A stretch of 27,624 nt of DNA from contig JAJYIL010000001.1 in assembly GCA_021790055.1 (NCBI GenBank), positions 1-27,624 of the forward strand, in the 5' to 3' direction. Source of the stretch: Bacteroidota bacterium (GTDB lineage Bacteria; Bacteroidota; Ignavibacteria; Ignavibacteriales; Ignavibacteriaceae). Positions 1-7,669 of this stretch are shown here, piece after piece. The translations under genes were made by a program, and so were the position numbers. Each line of letters opens with the position of its first letter. Positions within the stretch are counted from its first letter, which is position 1. Under the pieces are notes generated by a model. The model was not told the DNA's origin. It saw nothing but the letters and a program-made list of their open reading frames with translations, and searched no databases.

Positions 1-1
1 T

Positions 2-328
2 ATGAATGATAAAATTTTGAATTCCGGGTTTAGGGACTTCAACAAATTTTTTGCCTTAGATAATAAAGCATACGTTAATGGTGCCCTTCCGGCAAAGACG
101 AAGGAACTAATGGGGCTGGCTGCATCAATGGTGTTGAGATGCAACGACTGCATCTTTTATCATATAGACAGATCGATACAGGAAGGCGCTAAAAAAGAGG
201 AGCTGTATGAAACCTTCAACGTCGCATTGATTGTAGGCGGTTCGATTTTAATACCTCACTTAAGGTATGCATTTGAGGTAACCGAAGAGCTTTTAAAAGA
301 TGTGAAGACTATCGGCGCCGATGAGTAA
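2..328 (+). CDS. Carboxymuconolactone decarboxylase (CMD)/AhpD-like family protein; possibly 5'-truncated by the window edge
   Basis: CMD-type segment LPAKTKELMGLAASMVLRCNDCIFYH with a CxxC and a downstream VGGS motif. ATG is at base 2, so the true start may lie upstream of the window. Overlaps the rdgB start by 8 bp. Confidence 0.8.
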   Translation: MNDKILNSGFRDFNKFFALDNKAYVNGALPAKTKELMGLAASMVLRCNDCIFYHIDRSIQEGAKKEELYETFNVALIVGGSILIPHLRYAFEVTEELLKDVKTIGADE

Positions 329-917
329 AATAATCTTTGCAACACAGAACAAAGGGAAACTCAAGGAAGTAAGACATATTTTAAGTGATATAAAAATTGA
401 GCTTGTGTCGCTGCTTGAATTTGATGATGTCCCGGAAATAATTGAAAGCGGAACGACTTTCGAGGGGAATGCAAAAATAAAAGCCGAAATCATTTTTAAT
501 GCCTACCGGATTCCCACAATTGCCGATGATTCGGGCATTGAGGTGGATCAATTGAACGGCAGACCCGGAGTTTATTCGGCGCGCTACGCCGGAGAGAATG
601 CAACTGATAAAGAAAATAATGAAAAGCTGCTATGTGAGCTAAAGAACTTCCCGGAGCCGCATACTGCGAAATTTGTTTGCTCGGCTGTATATTTTGATGG
701 GGAAAAATTATTAACTGCATACGGGGAGGTAAAAGGGAGGATTATAAAATCGCCGAGAGGCAAAAACGGTTTTGGTTACGATCCTTTATTTCTGCCGGAT
801 GGCTTTTCTAAAACCAGCGGCGAGTTAGAGCTTAATGAGAAAAATGAAATTAGTCATAGAGCTAAAGCTTTTAACGAATTAAAAACATTAATTATTCAAT
901 CAGTGCTTAAGACCTGA
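321..917 (+). CDS. rdgB: Non-canonical purine NTP pyrophosphatase (RdgB/HAM1, XTP/dITP diphosphatase)
   Basis: HAM1 motifs ATQNKGK, ADDSG, GVYSARYAG, GFGYDPLF, KNEISHR; 198 aa. Confidence 0.95.
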   Translation: MSKIIFATQNKGKLKEVRHILSDIKIELVSLLEFDDVPEIIESGTTFEGNAKIKAEIIFNAYRIPTIADDSGIEVDQLNGRPGVYSARYAGENATDKENNEKLLCELKNFPEPHTAKFVCSAVYFDGEKLLTAYGEVKGRIIKSPRGKNGFGYDPLFLPDGFSKTSGELELNEKNEISHRAKAFNELKTLIIQSVLKT

Positions 918-970
918 CTGGAACTATTTAGGCTTCCTGAGGGTAGAAGGCATAAAAATATGGAGAGGCT

Positions 971-1807
971 ATGAAGAAAAATATTCTTTTTACCAACTTA
1001 CAGGCTGTAACAGCAAAGCGATCAATTCTTCTTTTTATTATTATGATTTCAACTGCATTTTTATTTAATGCATGTAAAAGCAATTCAACATCCTCGAATC
1101 CTGCAAGCGGACCGGGCAGCAGTTATTTCCCAAATGGCAACGGTTCCAGCTATAAGTATTCGGTAACAAAAACAGATTCATCAGGCAATCAACAATCCGG
1201 TACCCGCTCTTCTACTTACAGCGGCACTACAACATTTAACGGAACTGTCTACCAGAATGAAATCGATACACTTGATTTTGGCGGAGTTTCTGCCGTAACA
1301 AATTCTTTGTTTATAAAATCCGGTGACAGTGTCATGTTCGCTGTCGATACCTCGGGGCTTTCCGAAGCAATTCCGGCGCAATACTTCCAATACATTACAT
1401 TAAGTACCGCATTAAAGGTTTTCCAGTTTCCTTTTGAGGCAAACAAGTCGTGGCAAGTATTCAACGTGGGATTAAACCTTAGCGGATTGAGTCTTCAAAT
1501 AGTTAGCGTTACCGGCACGTATTTAGATATGGAACAGGTACCGCTTACCTTAAATACCGGCTCTACGACCATGAATGCCGCAAAGATAAGGTATGACTTC
1601 GTTTTGAAAATGCCTACCAATCCGAACAACCCGCTTGAATTAACAACAACTACTTACAGTGCATTTGCCTGGATTGCTGATAATGTAGGCATGATAAAGA
1701 TGCAGGGCAACGGCGCTATCCTGGATGCCTTTACCGGAGGCGGGATTAATTTTGCCGATACTACAAGCGTGATTACTCAAAGCCTGATTTCTTATAGCGT
1801 CAAATAA
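971..1807 (+). CDS. Hypothetical lipoprotein (beta-rich, Ser/Thr-rich)
   Basis: GGAGAGG Shine-Dalgarno upstream; hydrophobic signal ending in lipobox LFNA-C, then a Ser/Thr-rich linker. No family motif recognised. Confidence 0.75.
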   Translation: MKKNILFTNLQAVTAKRSILLFIIMISTAFLFNACKSNSTSSNPASGPGSSYFPNGNGSSYKYSVTKTDSSGNQQSGTRSSTYSGTTTFNGTVYQNEIDTLDFGGVSAVTNSLFIKSGDSVMFAVDTSGLSEAIPAQYFQYITLSTALKVFQFPFEANKSWQVFNVGLNLSGLSLQIVSVTGTYLDMEQVPLTLNTGSTTMNAAKIRYDFVLKMPTNPNNPLELTTTTYSAFAWIADNVGMIKMQGNGAILDAFTGGGINFADTTSVITQSLISYSVK

Positions 1808-1854
1808 TCAGCGGAGTATAGCAAAAAGTTATTCACCTTTATAAAAACAATTAT

Positions 1855-1910
1855 TTTTAGTATTGGAGTAATAGAGTAAGTTTGTCTATTCCACTATTTC
1901 ATTACTTCAG
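1855..1910. repeat. Hairpin element of tandem 8-mers in inverted orientation (WTGGARTA family), between convergent genes
   Basis: Left arm TTTTAGTA-TTGGAGTA-ATAGAGTA (1855-1878). Right arm TATTCCAC-TATTTCAT-TACTTCAG (1887-1910), whose reverse complements are GTGGAATA, ATGAAATA, CTGAAGTA. Same unit family as 20317-20412. Confidence 0.6.
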
Positions 1911-1928
1911 GAGTTAGTATCAAGTAAA

Positions 1929-2621
1929 CTATTTGGTTGCAATGATTACCTGAACGACCCCAAAAGTTAAATTGTGCTGTTCTATTTTTTTGAAGCCGGA
2001 GTTCTTTAGAAGCTCCGGCAAATTTATTTTCTCATCGAACTCTTCCACAGAGCGGGGAAGATATTTGTAGGCTTCTCTATCCCCGGAAATAATTCCGCCG
2101 ATTACCGGAAGTATGTTTTTGAAATAGAATTTATATAAGCATTTAAAAACCGGTTTTGACGGGAGCCTGAATTCAAGAACAGTTGCCTTTCCATCTTTCG
2201 ATAAAACATTATAAAATGAATTAAAGCCTTCCTTTATATCGTAAAAATTTCTAACACCGAAAGCCACCGTAATATTAGTTACAGAGTTCTCTTTAACCGG
2301 CATTTTTTCGGCTACGGTTTGAAAATTATGCCCGGCTATCCAGCCGCTTTTTTCTCTAAACAACTTAAGCATGTTGAGAGAGAAATCTGCGCCGAAGATT
2401 TTACAAACGCCCATTTTTTTTGCGGTTATTGCAAAATCGCCTGTCCCGCATGCTACATCAAGAAGAGTTGAATCCTTATTTATGCCCGTCAGTTTGAGCG
2501 CTTTCTTCCGCCAATAAATATCCGTTCCAAAGCTCAAAAGATGATTCAGAAAATCATACCTGAATGCTATCGTATCGAAGATTTTTCTTACCTGACTCTT
2601 CTTATCTGCAAGTTCACTCAT
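1929..2621 (-). CDS. menG: Demethylmenaquinone methyltransferase (MenG/UbiE family)
   Basis: YDFLNHLLSFGTDIYWR, SAM-binding LDVACGTGD, AFGVRN; 230 aa. Confidence 0.93.
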   Translation of the reverse strand: MSELADKKSQVRKIFDTIAFRYDFLNHLLSFGTDIYWRKKALKLTGINKDSTLLDVACGTGDFAITAKKMGVCKIFGADFSLNMLKLFREKSGWIAGHNFQTVAEKMPVKENSVTNITVAFGVRNFYDIKEGFNSFYNVLSKDGKATVLEFRLPSKPVFKCLYKFYFKNILPVIGGIISGDREAYKYLPRSVEEFDEKINLPELLKNSGFKKIEQHNLTFGVVQVIIATK

Positions 2622-2633
2622 TGCATTTCTATA

Positions 2634-3584
2634 TTAGTATTTATGATAATCAAATTCTTCCTCGCCCTGGATTCTCCGCCACCAATTAAAAATATATTTT
2701 CCCGACCACATAGTGAAAGCCATAAACGCAGCGCCTGCTATTAAATCAATAACATAATGATACCAAAGGTAAACGGTGGAGAAAATAAGCAAAGAACCGA
2801 CAGGTACAAAAAAGTAGCGGGAGCGGCTTTTTAGTCTTACCGCAAGATACATAACAATCAATGTAATCATAGTATGCCCGCTCGGAAAAACATCTCGCTG
2901 CACGTACTTAGCCGCATCCCGGCAATTGTCCGGGATGGATTCCGCCCAGTTTAAGAAATGCCTTAGATAGCTGGTAAAATAAACTCCGGGAAGCTGCGCA
3001 TTAATCAAGTTGAAATTATGCAGCGTAAATCGCGGTCCTATTCCCGGCAGCGCAAAATAACCGAGGTAAGATAAATAAAAGCCATAAATAATACAGAACA
3101 CTGAAAAGTCGAGGGCAACATATCTTTTATCGTGCAGCAAGGCTAAGCCTAAAATAATCGGGAGGAGGTAAAAGCTGCTGTATACTATTTCAAGTATTTC
3201 CGTCAATAGCGGAAATGAAATTTTATAAAGAAGGGCAGTAGGGTCGGTACCGAACATCCAGTGATCTATCATGATGAACAACCAGTCATAGTCATGCTGT
3301 CTTATCGGTTCAATTAAAAAATAAAGCTCTTTGTATGTAACTAAGATTAGCGGCGCAATGTACCAATAATGAATTGATCTCCAGAATTTATTGTTATGCT
3401 TATTTTCAAAAAAGGCAATTAAAAGGCAAAGCAAAATAATTCCGAAGTTGGCTACAGTCCACAAAAACCAATGTTCTATATCTTGATTAAATATTATATT
3501 GGTAAGAATGAGGAAAAGATAAAAAACGACAACTACGAGATCGTAAGCTTTTAGTTTTATCAGAAAAGTTTTAAATAATTCCAT
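2634..3584 (-). CDS. PAP2-superfamily integral membrane protein, AUR1/inositol-phosphorylceramide-synthase-like (PAP2_3)
   Basis: Multiple TM segments; C2 motif DVFPSGHT and C3 motif HYVIDLIAG. No canonical KxxxxxxRP C1 motif; PGIGPRF is present instead. Confidence 0.8.
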   Translation of the reverse strand: MELFKTFLIKLKAYDLVVVVFYLFLILTNIIFNQDIEHWFLWTVANFGIILLCLLIAFFENKHNNKFWRSIHYWYIAPLILVTYKELYFLIEPIRQHDYDWLFIMIDHWMFGTDPTALLYKISFPLLTEILEIVYSSFYLLPIILGLALLHDKRYVALDFSVFCIIYGFYLSYLGYFALPGIGPRFTLHNFNLINAQLPGVYFTSYLRHFLNWAESIPDNCRDAAKYVQRDVFPSGHTMITLIVMYLAVRLKSRSRYFFVPVGSLLIFSTVYLWYHYVIDLIAGAAFMAFTMWSGKYIFNWWRRIQGEEEFDYHKY

Positions 3585-3602
3585 CCGGTAATTAAACAGC
3601 CG

Positions 3603-4418
3603 CTAAAACAGATTTTTTATTTTTAATTCTTCGACGTTCGAGTTATTAATAAAATATTTTGTAAGAGTGATAAAATCCTCCGTATCTAATTCTTCTGCGC
3701 GTTTGCTAAGGTTTATATTCGATCCAGCTAAATTTACGCTTGCAAATATACTATTACCAAGTGAATTTTTTAAAGTTTTTCTTCTTTTCCCGAAAGATTG
3801 TTTTACAAGGCTAATAAAAATTTTTTTCTCTATATCCTTAAAGATTTCATTCTTGAAATAAATATGTACAACGGTAGATTCAACTTTAGGCTTCGGGTAA
3901 AAGACATTCCGGGAAACTTTAAAACAAATCCATGTTTTTGTAAAATGAGATAGAAGCACAGCAAGAATGCCGTAATCCTTCGTTCCTTTTTTTGCCGTCA
4001 TTCTTCTGGCAACCTCAAGTTGAACCATCAGCACAGCATCTTCTATCAACTGATTTGATTCAATCAGCTTAAAGATTATCGGTGAAGTCAGATTATAGGG
4101 GATGTTGCCGGCTACTCTTATCTTTTTAGATTTCCGTTTATAAAACTCACTTAAATCAAGATCTAGGAAGTCGGATTGGATTAAGTCCAAACCCGGGAAC
4201 TTCATTGACAGCTCATCAATTACGCGCCTGTCTATTTCAACGGCTGTAAGAGCCGGATCCTTTTCAAAGAGATATTTTGTTAAGGCTCCTGTTCCGGGTC
4301 CTATTTCAATTAAATTGTCTTCAGGCTTTGGCGATATTTCTTCCGCTATCTTTCGTAAGATGTTCTGATCGGTTAGATAATTTTGTCCGAATCTTTTTAA
4401 GGGCTTAAGATTTTGCAT
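3603..4418 (-). CDS. rsmA: 16S rRNA m6,2A1518/1519 dimethyltransferase
   Basis: KRFGQNYL, IEIGPGTGALT, GNIPYNLTSPI, FYPKPKVES, RRKTLKNSL, RAEEL. Confidence 0.96.
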   Translation of the reverse strand: MQNLKPLKRFGQNYLTDQNILRKIAEEISPKPEDNLIEIGPGTGALTKYLFEKDPALTAVEIDRRVIDELSMKFPGLDLIQSDFLDLDLSEFYKRKSKKIRVAGNIPYNLTSPIIFKLIESNQLIEDAVLMVQLEVARRMTAKKGTKDYGILAVLLSHFTKTWICFKVSRNVFYPKPKVESTVVHIYFKNEIFKDIEKKIFISLVKQSFGKRRKTLKNSLGNSIFASVNLAGSNINLSKRAEELDTEDFITLTKYFINNSNVEELKIKNLF

Positions 4419-4471
4419 AACGAAAATTATTAATTACTAAGCTGACAAACAATATGTCAATTATTGCTTAG

Positions 4472-4535
4472 CCCTCATCCTGCCTTCTCTCGAAGGAAGA
4501 GGGTTCCAGCTCCGCTCTCCCTTTGAGAGCGAGGA
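4472..4535. repeat. GC-rich double hairpin, degenerate REP-like element
   Basis: CCCTC(4472-76)...GAGGG(4499-4503) encloses CCTTC-tctc-GAAGG; a second stem GCTCTC-ccttt-GAGAGC lies at 4514-4530. It is a GC-rich island in an AT-rich divergent intergenic region. Confidence 0.5.
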
Positions 4536-4700
4536 CGAATCACCTTAGCCTAAGATATTACTCCTTTGGTAAAATATTGTTTTGCTAATTCGCAATCAAA
4601 TTTTATATTGTAAACATTATTTTTTAATTCAAGCAATTCTTAATGACAGAACTCACTTATTCCAGATTTTACTGAGTACTGTTGCAGCTAAATAAATATT

Positions 4701-5687
4701 ATGGAGGTTATTCTGAGTAAAAACTACGTAATAAGTATTGACATGGGGGGAACAAAAATTTTAGCCGGAGTGATAAATTCTCAAGAAGGAATAATAGCTA
4801 GGATAAAAAAGCCGACTTTTCCCGGCGGCGGAGAGACTGAATATGTTAATTCGCTTTCGGAGATAGCCGAGGTTCTTGTTAGGAAGTCAAAACTAAAGTC
4901 AAAGAATATAAAAGCAGTTTGCCTGGGTATTCCCGGCTCGCTGAATCCATATTCCGGGATAGTAGGATTAGCTCCTAATCTCGGCTTAAGAAATTTTAAT
5001 GCAAAGCAAAGGCTGAAGAACAGAATTCCATTCCCGGTTATAATAGAGAACGATGTAAACTTAGGTGCTCTCGGCGTAAAAAACTTCGGCGCTGCTAAGA
5101 AAGCAAAAAATATTCTCGTTGTATTTATCGGTACGGGAATTGGCGGAGCTATCTTTATCGACGGTAAATTATACCGCGGTTCCAGTTATTCGGCAGGAGA
5201 AATCGGGCATATTAAAATTGCCGATGACGGTCCGCTTTGCGGCTGCGGAAAGACCGGGTGCTTTGAAGCTTTTGCAAGCCGCGCATCAATAGTAAAAGCA
5301 ATTGAGGCAGATATTGCAGCACACAAAAAAAGTATAATAGTAAAGCTTGCAGAGACTGGAAAGCCGATTAAAAGCCGTATGCTCGCATCGGCAGTAAAGC
5401 TGAATGACAAGCTGACTATCGAACATATTTCTTCGGCGTGTGAAAAGATTGGATTAACACTTGCTAATATTACCGACGTTATGAATTTTGATATGATAGT
5501 GCTTGGCGGCGGCTTGGTAGAAGCGCTTGATTATTTTATGCTTCCCAGGATCAAGGCATCGTTCGATAAAGTCGTTTTAAAGGACGTTTCCAAAGCTGTT
5601 AAAATTGTTGTGAATGACCTTGGCGATGATGCAGCGCTGTACGGCGGCATAGCCCTGGCTGAGGAGTTCCTGGGAATAACGGTATAA
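4701..5687 (+). CDS. ROK-family sugar kinase (glucokinase-like)
   Basis: IDMGGTK, ENDVN, GTGIGG, AGEIGH, Zn motif CGCGKTGCFE, LGGG. No N-terminal HTH, so a kinase rather than a repressor. Confidence 0.92.
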   Translation: MEVILSKNYVISIDMGGTKILAGVINSQEGIIARIKKPTFPGGGETEYVNSLSEIAEVLVRKSKLKSKNIKAVCLGIPGSLNPYSGIVGLAPNLGLRNFNAKQRLKNRIPFPVIIENDVNLGALGVKNFGAAKKAKNILVVFIGTGIGGAIFIDGKLYRGSSYSAGEIGHIKIADDGPLCGCGKTGCFEAFASRASIVKAIEADIAAHKKSIIVKLAETGKPIKSRMLASAVKLNDKLTIEHISSACEKIGLTLANITDVMNFDMIVLGGGLVEALDYFMLPRIKASFDKVVLKDVSKAVKIVVNDLGDDAALYGGIALAEEFLGITV

Positions 5688-5688
5688 T

Positions 5689-5709
5689 GTAAACGGGAAT
5701 AAGGTTTAC
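5689..5709. terminator. Possible weak bidirectional terminator between convergent ROK and ABC-F genes
   Basis: GTAAAC-9 nt loop-GTTTAC stem followed by cgctttcttt on the + strand. The stem is short and AT-rich. Confidence 0.3.
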
Positions 5710-5717
5710 CGCTTTCT

Positions 5718-7661
5718 TTAATTAAATTGCTTTTCAATTTTCAGAAGTTCTTCCGATAACTTCTCCCACTCCGCAACTTTCTTTTCCAGCTCCGATTTGT
5801 TTTGATTTAATTCCAGCGTAACATCTCTTGCTTTCATCGGCGAGTTATAAGTCTCAGGTTCAAGTAAAAGCTTCTTAAGCTCGTTCTCTTTTGCTTCAAG
5901 CTTTTCTATTTCCTCTTCAAGCTGTTTAATATTTTTTGAGATGACTTTTGTTGCATCGTATTTCTTTTGCCTGGCTTCGGCTTCAAGTCTTTTTTGCTCT
6001 TTCCTGGTGATTGATTCTTCTAAAGTTTGCTTTACATTATTCTCTTCATCCTGTAGAAATTCCAGGCGCTTCGTGAGATAATAATTTATGCCTCCGTTAT
6101 ATATTTTAAATTGGCTCTTTTTTATCTCAACAACCTTGTTGACGATTGGAGAAAGAAAATCAATGTCGTGAGAAACGAGAATGAGCGATCCTTCAAATTC
6201 AATTAAAGCTTTTTGTAAAATTTCCTTTGACGGCATATCGAGGTGGTTTGTCGGTTCATCCAAAATTATCAGGTTGGATTTTGTAAGTAAGACCTTAGCA
6301 AGGGCAAGCCTGCTTTTCTCTCCGCCGGAAAGCACACCGACCTTTTTAAATACATCTTCGCCGGAAAAGAGGAACGACCCAAGCAGCGAACGTAACTGCC
6401 CGACAGTTTGATTTTCAGAAGCGGCTTCCACTGTTTCAAGAATATCTAAATCCGGATTAAGATTATCGGCAACATCCTGGGCGTAATAAGAGATAATAGT
6501 ATTATGCCCGATGTTTCGTTCTCCCTTTTCGAAGTCAATTACACCGGCAATTATCTTTGCTAAAGTGGATTTGCCCGCGCCGTTCGGACCGATAAAAGCA
6601 ATCTTATCGCCGCGGTCAATTCTGAATACCAGGTCTTCAAAAATTTTTTTATCGCCATACGCCTTTGAGATAGAATTCAACTCCAAATTTATCTTTCCGC
6701 TTTTCGGCGGCGAAGGAAACCTGATAGAAATATCATCTTTGATTTCAGGCAATTCAATAACAGAGATATTTTCAAGCTGTTTTATTCTGCTTTGAACTTG
6801 TCTTGCCTTTGTAGCCTTATAGCGAAACCTTGCAATAAAGCGCTCGGTATCCTTTATTTTTTTTTGCTGAATGAGATATTGAGCTGCAGCCTGCTTATCA
6901 CGCTCTTCTTTATAATTTAGATAGGCATCATAGTCGCCGTTGAACGTGTTGAATTTACCTAGGTAGATTTCCAGTGTCTTTTTTGTTACTGCATTAACAA
7001 AACGCTTATCGTGGGAAACTATAAGCAGAGCTCCCTTGTATGCACGAAGAAAAGAAGTAAGCCATTCAAGCGAATCCAGGTCAAGATGGTTTGTGGGCTC
7101 ATCAAGAAGCAGAAAATCATTCTGTGAGATTAAGATTTTTGCAAGCGCAATCCTCATCTGCCAGCCGCCGGAGAATTCATTTGTCAATCTTTGAAAATCA
7201 TTCTCTTCAAAGCCAAGTCCTAATAGAATTTTTTCAACTCTTGCATTAGCGCTGTATGAATCAAGCTCTTCGAGTCGGTGGTGAACTTCGCCGAGGCGGT
7301 TTACAAGATCTTCGCGTTCTTCATCAGATAAATCCTTTTGCGAAAGATCGTCTGTCAACTCTCTTTCCTTATCGTGAAGCCTCATAATATCCGTAAGTGC
7401 CGATTGAGCCTCTTCGAGCAAAGTCTTTCCGGCATGCGTTACATTATCCTGTGGCAGATACCCGATGCTGATATCCGTTTGTTTCAGAACCTTACCGGAT
7501 TCCGGCTGCAATTTGCCGGTAATAATTTTTAGAAATGAAGACTTACCGGTACCGTTTGCACCGACAAGAGATATCTTGTCGCCGGAATTAATTCTAATGC
7601 TAACATTACGGAAAAGATAGGTGCCGTTAAATTGTAAGGAGATGTTTGATAGATCAATCAT
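5718..7661 (-). CDS. ABC-F family ribosome-associated ATPase with C-terminal coiled coil
   Basis: Two ABC domains (GANGTGKS / FSGGWQMR / LLLDEPTNHLD and GPNGAGKS / LSGGEKSR / ILDEPTNHLD), an inter-domain linker, no TM segments, and a coiled-coil tail. Confidence 0.94.
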   Translation of the reverse strand: MIDLSNISLQFNGTYLFRNVSIRINSGDKISLVGANGTGKSSFLKIITGKLQPESGKVLKQTDISIGYLPQDNVTHAGKTLLEEAQSALTDIMRLHDKERELTDDLSQKDLSDEEREDLVNRLGEVHHRLEELDSYSANARVEKILLGLGFEENDFQRLTNEFSGGWQMRIALAKILISQNDFLLLDEPTNHLDLDSLEWLTSFLRAYKGALLIVSHDKRFVNAVTKKTLEIYLGKFNTFNGDYDAYLNYKEERDKQAAAQYLIQQKKIKDTERFIARFRYKATKARQVQSRIKQLENISVIELPEIKDDISIRFPSPPKSGKINLELNSISKAYGDKKIFEDLVFRIDRGDKIAFIGPNGAGKSTLAKIIAGVIDFEKGERNIGHNTIISYYAQDVADNLNPDLDILETVEAASENQTVGQLRSLLGSFLFSGEDVFKKVGVLSGGEKSRLALAKVLLTKSNLIILDEPTNHLDMPSKEILQKALIEFEGSLILVSHDIDFLSPIVNKVVEIKKSQFKIYNGGINYYLTKRLEFLQDEENNVKQTLEESITRKEQKRLEAEARQKKYDATKVISKNIKQLEEEIEKLEAKENELKKLLLEPETYNSPMKARDVTLELNQNKSELEKKVAEWEKLSEELLKIEKQFN

Positions 7662-7669
7662 TTAAAACT

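Noticed and set aside
5718-7661. ABC-F as an antibiotic-resistance (ARE) factor
   Set aside because: It sits in a housekeeping operon with no leader peptide or mobile context; the subfamily cannot be assigned without a phylogeny.
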